DNA of 64,000 nucleotides from Thermoanaerobaculia bacterium (GTDB lineage Bacteria; Acidobacteriota; Thermoanaerobaculia; Multivoradales; UBA5704), in contig JBGAGQ010000021.1 of assembly GCA_044226625.1 (NCBI GenBank), forward strand, positions 1 to 64,000. Reading direction: 5' to 3'. Under the pieces are notes generated by a model. That model saw only the letters and a program-made list of their open reading frames with translations. It did no database searches and was not told the DNA's origin. The stretch's first letter is position 1. Each line of letters begins with the position of its first letter. The translations under genes were made by a program, and so were the position numbers. Below are positions 26,511-35,523 of this stretch, one piece after another.

Positions 26511-27839
26511 TCAGCTTCTGTATCGAGGCACCCCTTCGAGGTCGAGCTCCTGAATCTTCCTCTGCAGCGAGCGGTAGCTGATGCCGAGTGCCTCGGCGGC
26601 ACGCCGCTTGTCCCCCTCGGCGGCGAACAGCGCGCGCTCCAACCGCTCCCGCTCGCCGCGCGGCGGTTGGATCACGAGCCGCAGATCGGCGGCCCGAAGG
26701 ACCGGTCCCGGGCAGAGGATCGACGCCCGTTCGAGCACGTTGCCGAGCTCCCGCACGTTGCCTGGCCAGGGTTCCTGAAAGAGAAGCTCCAGGGCGTCCG
26801 CAGCCAGGGCGAGCGGTTCCCTGTGATGGCGGCTGGCGATCTTCTCGATCAAGTGGCGGGCGAGCTCGGGAATGTCGCTCGCACGCTCCCGAAGCGGAGG
26901 CAGCTCGATGGGGAAAACGGCGAGGCGAAAGTAGAGATCGCTCCGGAAAGTCCCGGATGCGGACATCGCATCGAGGTCGCGGTTGGTCGCGGCGACCAGC
27001 CGGACGTCGGCTTTGAGAGGCATCCCGCCGCCCACCCGCTCGAACGCCCTCTCCTCCAGGACACGCAGCACCTTACCCTGAACCTCGGTCTTGAGCTCGC
27101 CGATCTCGTCGAGGAACAGGGTTCCTGATTTCGCGAGCTCGAAACGGCCGATCTGTCGGCGATCCGCGCCGGTGAAAGCTCCCCGCTCGTGCCCGAACAG
27201 CTCGTTCTCGATCAAGGATTCCGGGATCGCCGCGCAATTGACCGCGACGAAGGGTCCGGCGCGGCGAGGCGAGAGCGCGTGGACCGCCCGCGCGAAGAGC
27301 TCTTTGCCCGTGCCGCTCTCTCCCGTGAGCAAGACCGTGCTCTCTGTGGGGGCAACCCGCTCGAGCAGGCGCAACGCGGCGCGAAACCGCGGATGGGCGC
27401 CGATCAGGGGCGGCGCTCCCGGCGGGGCGAAGACGGGCGCGGGCTCCGCCCCGCGTGCTCCCCCGAGGGCGCGCTCGAGCAGACGCGCTAGATCGTCGAT
27501 CTCGACCGGCTTTTCGAGGAAGTCGTAGGCCCCCTGTTTCATCGCCTCGACCGCGGTCGCCACCGTGCCGAAGCCGGTGAGCACGATTACCGGGGCGGCC
27601 GGCGCGGCCGCGCGCGCCGCGGCGAGGACCTCGAGGCCCGATCCATCCGGCAGCTTGAGATCGGACAGAACCGCGGCGAAGGATCCTCGCTCGAGCAGCG
27701 CGCGGGCCCCCGTGACGTCCCCCGCGCTCGCCACCTCGTACCCTTCTTCGGCAAGCGCCGTCTCCAAAAGCCGCCGAAGCGACTCCTTGTCTTCGACCAC
27801 CAAGAGCCGAGCCGAGGCGCGCGGCGGCTTCGGGCTCAC
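26511..27839 (-). CDS. pilR: sigma54-dependent response regulator, PilR/NtrC family
   Basis: Receiver (SDLKLPD), GESGTGKE, GAFTGA, FLDEIGE, WPGNVREL, Fis-type HTH. Confidence 0.9.
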   Translation of the reverse strand: MSPKPPRASARLLVVEDKESLRRLLETALAEEGYEVASAGDVTGARALLERGSFAAVLSDLKLPDGSGLEVLAAARAAAPAAPVIVLTGFGTVATAVEAMKQGAYDFLEKPVEIDDLARLLERALGGARGAEPAPVFAPPGAPPLIGAHPRFRAALRLLERVAPTESTVLLTGESGTGKELFARAVHALSPRRAGPFVAVNCAAIPESLIENELFGHERGAFTGADRRQIGRFELAKSGTLFLDEIGELKTEVQGKVLRVLEERAFERVGGGMPLKADVRLVAATNRDLDAMSASGTFRSDLYFRLAVFPIELPPLRERASDIPELARHLIEKIASRHHREPLALAADALELLFQEPWPGNVRELGNVLERASILCPGPVLRAADLRLVIQPPRGERERLERALFAAEGDKRRAAEALGISYRSLQRKIQELDLEGVPRYRS

Positions 27840-29275
27840 GGGGTCTCCCGGAACGCCGCCACGGCCGCTTCGGCCAGCGCGCCGTCGTCTTCCGGATCGA
27901 CGGTTCGAAGATCGAGGATCAGGCGTCCCTCGCGCAGATAGCCGACGACCGATTCCGGCCCGGCTCGCAACCGGCGCGCGAAGTCGGAATCGCCCGGAAG
28001 GGCGAGCGCCTCGCCGGGGATCGGCTCCTCAGGGGCGGATCCGCCGCCCAGGAAGGCCTCGGCCGGCACGATTTCGGCCGGCAGACCGGCGGCGCGGAGG
28101 CGTGTCGAAACCGACTCCAGGCGCAGGCGATGCGCCGCCGGATCGGGCCACAGCCGATCGATCGGCATTGGCGCGCCCGCCAGATGCAGGCGGAGCACCC
28201 CCTCGAGCGCCGCGAGCGCGGCCCGATCGGGGCGAAGCGCGCGATAGAGCGGATGCGCGGCGCACCGGGCGACCAGCTCGCGACGTCCAACCAGGATCCC
28301 CGCCTGAGGTCCGCCCAGAAGCTTGTCGCCGCTGCCGCAGCAAAGGTCGCAACCCGCAGCGATCAACCGCGAAAGGCTCGGGTGCGAGCGAATTTGCGGC
28401 TCCCCACGGGAGCGGAGCAGACCGCTGCCCTCATCCACCAGAACCGGCACTCCGCTGCGTTTTCCGAGCGCCGCGAGCTCTTCGGGGCTCACCGACGCCA
28501 CGAATCCCGATTGCCGGAAGTTGCTCGGGAAGACCTTGAGGAGGAGCGCGGTCTCCACTCCGATCGACGCCTCGTAATCCGCGAGGCGGGTGCGGTTGGT
28601 GCTCCCCACCTCGACGAGGCGGGCGCCGGCCGCCGCCATGATCTCGGGGAGGCGGAAGGAGCCGCCGATCTCCACCAATTCCCCGCGCGAGACGACCACC
28701 TCGCGGCCGGCGGCGAGGGCGGCGAGCGAGAGGACGAGCGCCGCGGCGTTGTTGTTCACCACGAGCGCCCCCTCGGCCCCGGTCGCGAGCGCAAGCAGAC
28801 GCTCCACCCGTCCGTTGCGTCGTCCCCGCTTTCCGGTGGCCAGCTCGATCTCGAGATCGCATCCCGCGTCGAGCAGAGCGGGGAGGGCCGCCGCCACCGA
28901 TTTGGGCAGCGGCGCGCGCCCGAGATTGGTATGGAGGAAGATGCCGGTCGCGTTGATCAACCGGATCAGCGGAGGCCCGAGCTCGGCGAGGAGAGCGGCC
29001 TCGATGGCCTGGGGGAGAGACTCGATTAGGGCGTCCAGGTCTTGCGGGACCGACGCTCCGTCGGACCCGGTCCTTGATTCTTCCGATGCTCCGGTCGAAA
29101 CCGCGCGCCGGACCGCCTCGACCGCGATCCGGGCTTGGACCGTCACGGGATCCCGCCCGTATAATGGAACGAGCCTCGCCACGCGCGAATCCGCGAGGAG
29201 GCGGTCGATCGAAGGGAGGCTCCGGCGGCGGTCGCCTTGCGCGCCCGAATCGACCTTGAGAGCCGTACAAGCCAT
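27836..29275 (-). CDS. selA: L-seryl-tRNA(Sec) selenium transferase
   Basis: INATGIFLHTNLGRAP, VNNNAAA, SRGELVEIGGSFR, EVGSTNRT, SGDKLLGGPQAG; start approximate. Confidence 0.93.
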   Translation of the reverse strand: MACTALKVDSGAQGDRRRSLPSIDRLLADSRVARLVPLYGRDPVTVQARIAVEAVRRAVSTGASEESRTGSDGASVPQDLDALIESLPQAIEAALLAELGPPLIRLINATGIFLHTNLGRAPLPKSVAAALPALLDAGCDLEIELATGKRGRRNGRVERLLALATGAEGALVVNNNAAALVLSLAALAAGREVVVSRGELVEIGGSFRLPEIMAAAGARLVEVGSTNRTRLADYEASIGVETALLLKVFPSNFRQSGFVASVSPEELAALGKRSGVPVLVDEGSGLLRSRGEPQIRSHPSLSRLIAAGCDLCCGSGDKLLGGPQAGILVGRRELVARCAAHPLYRALRPDRAALAALEGVLRLHLAGAPMPIDRLWPDPAAHRLRLESVSTRLRAAGLPAEIVPAEAFLGGGSAPEEPIPGEALALPGDSDFARRLRAGPESVVGYLREGRLILDLRTVDPEDDGALAEAAVAAFRETP

Positions 29276-29329
29276 GAGATCGTCCGTGGACCTCGAATCG
29301 TCCATTCCGCCGGGCATTGTAGGAGAGGT

Positions 29330-29971
29330 GTGAACCCCAAGCGAAACGCCACGCCCGTCCGCCCCGGCGCGGGATCTCCACCGGTTCAGCCCCGAGCGCG
29401 GAACGTCGGCGCGGCTGCCAAAGCCGTTTCGGTCTCCCATCAGGAGACCCTCGACCTGATCGAGCACGATATCCAGCAGCTCCGGATCGACTGCGAGCGG
29501 TTCCTCTCCGGTGCGTTGCCCTTCCCTCCGGAGGAGTTGCGAACGCGGATCCAGAACCAGCTCAAGAGCCTCCGAAACGCCACCCTCCGATCCGCCGTCG
29601 AGGGCTTTCGTCTCGGGGTTCTCGAGGCGCGATACAACAGCTACAACGAGCTGTTCAATCGGCGGGTTCGCGAGCGGGAGGAGGGGCGCCGCGCGGCCCG
29701 TGCCGCCGCGGCACCTCCCGCGCCGCAGATCGATCCTCGCCGAGGCATCGTCGTCGACGGCGCGGTCGATCCGCAGGCGGCCGAGGCGCTCTACCGCGCT
29801 CTCGGAGCTGGCGGGGGCGGCGGACCCCAGTTCGACCTCGCGTCGTTCAGCTCATACCTCGAACGCCAGACCGCCGCGTTGCGCGGCAAGACGGGTTGTG
29901 CCGCGGTCCAGTTTCGGCTGGCGGAAGAGGACGGCAAGCTCAAGCTCAAAGCGCGGCCGGTCACCGGGTGA
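29330..29971 (+). CDS. Hypothetical protein resembling the MXAN_5187 C-terminal domain
   Basis: LRIDCERFLSG..PP, ARYNSYNELFNRRVREREEG, C-terminal GKLKLKA; start uncertain. Confidence 0.7.
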   Translation: MNPKRNATPVRPGAGSPPVQPRARNVGAAAKAVSVSHQETLDLIEHDIQQLRIDCERFLSGALPFPPEELRTRIQNQLKSLRNATLRSAVEGFRLGVLEARYNSYNELFNRRVREREEGRRAARAAAAPPAPQIDPRRGIVVDGAVDPQAAEALYRALGAGGGGGPQFDLASFSSYLERQTAALRGKTGCAAVQFRLAEEDGKLKLKARPVTG

Positions 29972-30050
29972 CCGCGGCCGATCGCCTTCCCCGGCACCAG
30001 CAAAGAAGCATAGATTCCATCGCGTCCGCCCATCGCCAAGGAGATTCACG

Positions 30051-31052
30051 TTGCGCAAAGCCATCTGGACCGTTCTCGCTCTTTCGCTCGCCGCGCTCGC
30101 CTCGGTGGCCGCGGGACCGCCCAACCTCACCCATGCGATCGAGACCCAGCAAAAGCTCGCGGCAGAGCGACCGGACGATCCGACCGTCGCCAACGATCTC
30201 GGCAACCTGCTCCAGCTGGCGAAGAGGTCGGACGAAGCGGAGGCCAATTACCGCCGGGCGATCGAGCTCGATCCAAAGCGGGCCTCGTTCCACTTCAACC
30301 TCGGTCTGGTGCTCGAGAAGCGGGGCGCGAACCGGGACGCCATGAAGGAGTACAAAACCGCCGTCGAGCTCGATCCCGGGCATGCCTGGGCGCATTACCA
30401 GATCGGCTCTCTGCTCGAGAAGAGCGGGCGGGACAATTCGGCGATCCGCTCCTACGCGCGGGCCTTCGCGCTCGACCCCCAGCTCGGTTTTTCCGAGGTG
30501 AACCCGAGCCTGATCGACAGCAAGCTGACCACGTCGGCGATGTTGCTGGCCTATCGGTCCGAAAATTCACAGACGCCGACCGCGGCGCGCTACGGCGATC
30601 CGCAGCACATCCGCAGCCTGCTGGTGCCGCCTCCCCCTGCAACTCCGGAGGAAACGGCGGCGGTCGAAGCCGATCCCGCGGCGGCTGCCACCAAGACCGG
30701 CAAGACCGCCGCACCCACCGTGTTGCGCCCTCAGAGCCTGCAGAACACGGGCAAGGCGGGCCAGGTGCAGCCTTCGGGCCGATCGGGCTCCAGCCGGGTC
30801 TACCCGCGCGGCGGCAATCCGGGCCTCCAAACCTGGACCCGTCCGGAGCCGGTCGAACCGCCGGTCTACGACGACGGAAGCGAGGAGGAGATTCCGATCG
30901 AAGGGGAAGAGCTCACCCCGCCCCCACCGCCCGCCCCGGGTTCCGTCTACTACAACCCGGGCCTGCCGAGCACCGGGCGCCTGGACCTGCGCCTGGTGCC
31001 CGGCCGGGCGCTCCGCCGCGGCGACTCGATTGCCCGCGCCGGGCGCGGTTGA
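30051..31052 (+). CDS. Exported TPR protein with Pro-rich tail
   Basis: AAGGAGA RBS then TTG; signal peptide; about 3 TPRs. Confidence 0.85.
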   Translation: MRKAIWTVLALSLAALASVAAGPPNLTHAIETQQKLAAERPDDPTVANDLGNLLQLAKRSDEAEANYRRAIELDPKRASFHFNLGLVLEKRGANRDAMKEYKTAVELDPGHAWAHYQIGSLLEKSGRDNSAIRSYARAFALDPQLGFSEVNPSLIDSKLTTSAMLLAYRSENSQTPTAARYGDPQHIRSLLVPPPPATPEETAAVEADPAAAATKTGKTAAPTVLRPQSLQNTGKAGQVQPSGRSGSSRVYPRGGNPGLQTWTRPEPVEPPVYDDGSEEEIPIEGEELTPPPPPAPGSVYYNPGLPSTGRLDLRLVPGRALRRGDSIARAGRG

Positions 31053-31177
31053 GACGATTGGACGGGAAGGGCACCGTTCCGCCCATGCCCTCCTCTCGGG
31101 ACATCGCGTCTCCATCGAGCACCCTCGGGGCTTCTCCTGCCCCGAACGCCTCTAGAGCCGGAAACTGCGAAGAGCTG

Positions 31178-31285
31178 ATGCGCACCTGCCCGAACTGCGG
31201 CAGTCGGCTCGCCGAGCGGAAGTGCAAGCTCTACTGTCCGGACCCGCGCTGCGGCTATTTTCTTTCCTGCGCCGACTACTACTGA
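31178..31285 (+). CDS. Zinc-finger microprotein (35 aa)
   Basis: MRTCPNCGSRLAERKCKLYCPDPRCGYFLSCADYY; CPxCG motif; 6 Cys; longer start at 31049 possible. Confidence 0.7.
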   Translation: MRTCPNCGSRLAERKCKLYCPDPRCGYFLSCADYY

Positions 31286-31306
31286 TCGGCGTCCCGCCCG
31301 TCGCTC

Positions 31307-31981
31307 TCACTCTCGCCAGATCGCCACCTGGTCCAGCCTCTTTCTCTTGAGGTCCGGAACCGTCGCATCGTGCGCCGCGAAGCCCACGGGAAAGAGGATG
31401 AACGGCTTTTCGTTGCTCGGACGATCCAAGATGCGCGAGAGAAACGCCATCGGGCTCGGCGTGTGGGTAAGGGTCGAGAGGCCCATCCGGTGGAGCGCCG
31501 TGATGAACAGTCCGCAGGCGATTCCCACGCTCTCCTTCGGGTAGTAATTCTTTCGCTTCGTGCCGTCGGGCCGACGGCCGAAGAGCTCCTCGAACACGAC
31601 GACCAACCAGGGCGCGGTCTCGAGGAACGGTTTTTCCCAGGAGGTTCCGATCGGCGCGAGCGCTTCGAGCCACTCGGGCGGCATCCGGCCGCCGACGTAG
31701 CTTTCGTACTCCTCGGCCTCGGCCGCCTGCCGGATCTCTCGTTTGATCTCTGGGTCGGAGATGGCGACGAAGGTCCAGGGCTGCCGATGGGCGCCCGAAG
31801 GTGCCGTCGACGCGGTGCGGATCGCGAGCTCGATCGCCTCGCGCGCAACCGGCCGATCGGAAAAGAATCGAACGCTCCTGCGCCGGTCCATCTCGGCCAG
31901 GAACCGGCGACCTCGCTCGACCGAATCCTCTTCGGCCACCGGCTCGGGGTGGTAGGGGATGTGACGGTATTCGGTCGTCAT
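31307..31981 (-). CDS. Nitroreductase superfamily, iodotyrosine deiodinase-like
   Basis: RRSVRFFS, APSGAHRQPWTF, EEYESY..WLEALAPIGTSWEKPFLETAP, YYPKESVGIA, THTP. Confidence 0.88.
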   Translation of the reverse strand: MTTEYRHIPYHPEPVAEEDSVERGRRFLAEMDRRRSVRFFSDRPVAREAIELAIRTASTAPSGAHRQPWTFVAISDPEIKREIRQAAEAEEYESYVGGRMPPEWLEALAPIGTSWEKPFLETAPWLVVVFEELFGRRPDGTKRKNYYPKESVGIACGLFITALHRMGLSTLTHTPSPMAFLSRILDRPSNEKPFILFPVGFAAHDATVPDLKRKRLDQVAIWRE

Positions 31982-32028
31982 CGGCACGTCTCCGGTCGGG
32001 CACGGAGAGCCGGCCCGTTCAATCGAAT

Positions 32029-32071
32029 GCACGAACGCCCGGCGGGCATGCCTCGCCGGGCGTTCGCGTGC
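32029..32071 (-). terminator. Strong hairpin downstream of the dsbA-like gene
   Basis: CGAACGCCCGGCG..CGCCGGGCGTTCG. Confidence 0.55.
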
Positions 32072-32105
32072 TGCGGAACCGGGTTCGAGTCCCGGCCATC
32101 GAATC

Positions 32106-33200
32106 TTACTTGGCGGCGCCCTTGCGCTGCAGCTCGTCGTCGATCACCTTGGCGATGTCGGCGTACGGCACCGCGCCGGAGATGAACCGTCCGTTGACGA
32201 ACAACGCGGGAGTGCCGGTCACGCCGGCTTCCGAGCCAGCCTTCAGGTCCTCGGCCACCTTCGGCGCGAACTTGCCACCATCGAGGCAGCTATTGAACTG
32301 ATCGGCCTTCAAACCAAGACCCGCGGCCTTCTCCTTGAGTTTGTCGACGCCGAGCTCGTTCTGGTTGCCGAACATCGCGTTGTGCATCTCCCAGAACTTT
32401 CCCTGCTCGTCGGCGCACAGCGAGGCCTCGGCGGCCTTCTGGGCGAACTGGTGGAAGTTGAGCGGGAATTGACGGAAGACGATGCGTACCTTATCACCGT
32501 AGTTCGTCTTGACCTGCTCGACGGTCGGGTAGAGGCGCGAGCAGAACGGGCACTGGAAATCGGAGAACTCGACGATGGTGACGGGAGCGGTCGCCGGGCC
32601 GGTCGCCGGACCGGTCGCCGCGACCTCGACCCGCATGGGCTCCAGGGTGTACTGGACGCCGTACTTGGTCTCGAGCTCGGTCGTGAACTTCTCCTTCGCC
32701 TCGGCCTGCCGCTGCTGGGAGAGGTAGTTTTTGATCTGGGGCGCGATCTGCTCCTTCGTCGTGCCCGGGGGGATGCGCGCCTTGTTCTCTTCGTAGAACG
32801 CATCGACCTCGGCGTCGGTCGGATCGACGACCTTGACGGCGCTCGCGAGGAACGCTTCCTTCGTCATGTTCTTCGCGGCAGCTTCCTTCTCGACCAAGGA
32901 GTCCTGGACCAGCTTGTGGAGCTGGGCATCCATCACGTCGTGCTTGCCCTTCTCGTACTCCGACTGACACTGCTTGAGGCGGAGCTCCAGCTGATCGAAA
33001 TCGCTCGCCGAGTTCTTGCGGACATCGCCCGCAGTGACCGTCTTGTCCCCGTACTTCGCGACGACCTCGCTGTCGGGAATCTCCTTGGACGCCATTTTGG
33101 CATCCGACTTCTGGGCCGAGCAGGCCGGCATCCAGACGCCCGCGAGGACGAGGGCGGCGACCCAGGCGCGGCGCAAGACCTTGCGATCCGTTCCGTTCAT
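32106..33200 (-). CDS. DsbA-family thiol oxidoreductase with SurA-like N-terminal domain (probable lipoprotein)
   Basis: EFSDFQCPFC, RQFPL, GVTGTP; signal ending PAC. Confidence 0.92.
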   Translation of the reverse strand: MNGTDRKVLRRAWVAALVLAGVWMPACSAQKSDAKMASKEIPDSEVVAKYGDKTVTAGDVRKNSASDFDQLELRLKQCQSEYEKGKHDVMDAQLHKLVQDSLVEKEAAAKNMTKEAFLASAVKVVDPTDAEVDAFYEENKARIPPGTTKEQIAPQIKNYLSQQRQAEAKEKFTTELETKYGVQYTLEPMRVEVAATGPATGPATAPVTIVEFSDFQCPFCSRLYPTVEQVKTNYGDKVRIVFRQFPLNFHQFAQKAAEASLCADEQGKFWEMHNAMFGNQNELGVDKLKEKAAGLGLKADQFNSCLDGGKFAPKVAEDLKAGSEAGVTGTPALFVNGRFISGAVPYADIAKVIDDELQRKGAAK

Positions 33201-33427
33201 CGTTCTTGACTCCTTGGTCAAAAGTTTCGGAAGAGCCCGAGGACGCTTCCGGAAGGTTTCCGCGCGAACAGGGCCCGAGACTGTAGCACAGCCCTTCAGG
33301 CAAGACTTGGGCCAGCCCTTTCTGGCATGGCGGCCTCTCGGGCAGAGCCCCCAGGATTCAAGGTGCGCGCGAGGCTCGTGGGAGGGTCAAGGGGCCGAGC
33401 GCGCCCCGCTCCGTTCCGCGATCCGTC

Positions 33428-33979
33428 CTAGCCGGCCGGCTTCAGCAGGGCGTACAAGAAATTGTCGACTCGGGTCCCGTGAAGGCGAAAGTAGGAGCGG
33501 AGGATTCCCTCCTTCTCGAACCCGATACTTTCGAGCACCTTTTGGGAGGCGACGTTGTCCAGCGCGCAGCGCGCTTCCAGGCGCTCCAGCTGAGTTTTGG
33601 AGAACAGCTCACCCACCAGCAGACGGATCGCCCGCTTCATGATGCCTCGCCGCTGGTAAGGAGTCGACAACGCGTACCCCACCTCCGCCAGGCCGTGCTC
33701 CCAATTGTTGATGACGAGGGTAATCCATCCGGCCGGCTGCTGGCCAAGCTGGATCACCCACTGGTATTTGTCGCCTCTCGCCCGGTAGAGATCCGACATC
33801 CTCTGGTGTACGAGATCCGACCGGAGCTGGGAGCTGGGCAGATCGTTGAGCGGCTGGAAACGGCGGACCGCGGGCTCCGACCGCCAGAAGCGAAGGAGAT
33901 CGGCGTCGCGCGGCGTCGCCGGGCGGAGCGTCACCTCGTCCGCAGCGGGCTCGGGTTCGCTCTTCTCCAAAGGTTGCAT
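33428..33979 (-). CDS. RimJ/RimL-family GNAT acetyltransferase
   Basis: EVGYAL..YQRRGI, NVASQKVLESIGF..EG. Confidence 0.9.
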   Translation of the reverse strand: MQPLEKSEPEPAADEVTLRPATPRDADLLRFWRSEPAVRRFQPLNDLPSSQLRSDLVHQRMSDLYRARGDKYQWVIQLGQQPAGWITLVINNWEHGLAEVGYALSTPYQRRGIMKRAIRLLVGELFSKTQLERLEARCALDNVASQKVLESIGFEKEGILRSYFRLHGTRVDNFLYALLKPAG

Positions 33980-33993
33980 GGGGCGGTCTCGGG

Positions 33994-35523
33994 CTACGGC
34001 CTCGGTTCTTCCGCCGCGACGATCCGAGACTCGCGGCGTCCTCTCCACCGGGGCAAAGCCGACAGCAGGAACATATACGAGAAGCCCTGGAGGAAGAGGT
34101 AGAGGAACGGGATCGACATCCACATCCCGACGCGTAACGACCACACCGTGCAAGCGAAGAAATAAAGAGCGAACGCCCCTTCGAGCAGACCCGCCCCGCG
34201 CGACCCGCCCGCGCGATAGATCTTCTGGCGCCAGGGGTCTCCGACCCGCTCGATCCTGTATTTCGGCGTGCGGTGGAAGGTGCCGCCGCGCCGAAACAAG
34301 CCGGAGAGCACGGCTCGGGCGTTGTTCAGCGAAAGTCCGATGCCCATGCCGAGAAGTGCGGGGAGGTAGCGCGCCTCGCGCCGCCAAGACGCGGGCCGGC
34401 TCCCCTCGGGATCGGCCGGTCGGACCCGCTGGCTGAGCAGATAGAAGACGACGACCGACAGAGTGGCGAACAGGAACAGGGGCAGATCGACCCACAGGAG
34501 GAGCGCCAGGGGCGCGCCTCGGCGAAGGATCATCGCCGGGAAAATCAGCAGGGCGACCAGAACCATCAGCGCGTAGCTCGCGTTGTTGGTCAGGTGGACG
34601 AACGCCTCGAGCTTGGCGCGCATCGGCAGGGGTGCGCGCAGCACGGAGACGAGCAGTTTGCGGCCGGTTTGGATCGACCCTTTCGCCCACCGGTACTGTT
34701 GACTCTTGAACCCCTGGATATCGACCGGCAGCTCGGCGGGGACGTCGACTTCCGGAAGATAGAGGAACCGCCAACCGGCGAGCTGGGCGCGGTACGAGAG
34801 ATCCAGGTCTTCGGTCAGCGTGTCGTGCTGCCATCCGCCACCGTCGCGGATCGCTTCGCGCCGCCAGACGCCGGCCGTGCCGTTGAAGTTGAAGAAGCAA
34901 CCTGTTCGGTTGCGCGCCGTGTGCTCGATCTGGAAATGGCCGTCGAGCAGGATCGCCTCGACCCGGGTGAGAAGCGAGAAGCTCCGGTTGATGTGGCTCC
35001 AACTCCCCTGGACCATGCCGATCTTCGGATCGGCGAAATACGGCACCGTCGCGAGCAGGAAATCGGAGCGAGGGACGAAATCCGCGTCGAAGATCGCAAG
35101 CAGCTCACCGCGGGCCACCTGGAGTCCCGAGGCGAGCGCTCCGGCCTTGAAACCCGACCGCTCGGTGCGATGGAGATGCTGGATCTCGAAGCCGCTCCCG
35201 CGGAGCTCTTCGACCTTTCGCGCGACGATCTCCGTCGTCTCATCGTTCGAATCGTCGAGCACTTGGATCTCCAGCCGGTCCCGCGGATAGTCGAGCGCGG
35301 CCACCGCGTCGATCAACCGGGAGGCGACATACATCTCGTTGTACAGTGGCAGCTGGACCGTTACCCAAGGCCATTCCGCGGGCGCCACGGGCCGGACGGC
35401 CGCGCGCTTGCGCGTGCGCAGGAAATCGATCACCAGGATCAAACGGTGAATGCCGTAGAGCGCCAAGATCCCGAGGATCAGGTAGTACGACCCGAGGAGG
35501 AGATGTGCCAGCGGTTGCCGCAT
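33994..35523 (-). CDS. GT2 processive glycosyltransferase (cellulose synthase-like)
   Basis: QLPLYNE, DDS, KAGAL, DAD, TEDLD, QYRW. Confidence 0.93.
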   Translation of the reverse strand: MRQPLAHLLLGSYYLILGILALYGIHRLILVIDFLRTRKRAAVRPVAPAEWPWVTVQLPLYNEMYVASRLIDAVAALDYPRDRLEIQVLDDSNDETTEIVARKVEELRGSGFEIQHLHRTERSGFKAGALASGLQVARGELLAIFDADFVPRSDFLLATVPYFADPKIGMVQGSWSHINRSFSLLTRVEAILLDGHFQIEHTARNRTGCFFNFNGTAGVWRREAIRDGGGWQHDTLTEDLDLSYRAQLAGWRFLYLPEVDVPAELPVDIQGFKSQQYRWAKGSIQTGRKLLVSVLRAPLPMRAKLEAFVHLTNNASYALMVLVALLIFPAMILRRGAPLALLLWVDLPLFLFATLSVVVFYLLSQRVRPADPEGSRPASWRREARYLPALLGMGIGLSLNNARAVLSGLFRRGGTFHRTPKYRIERVGDPWRQKIYRAGGSRGAGLLEGAFALYFFACTVWSLRVGMWMSIPFLYLFLQGFSYMFLLSALPRWRGRRESRIVAAEEPRP

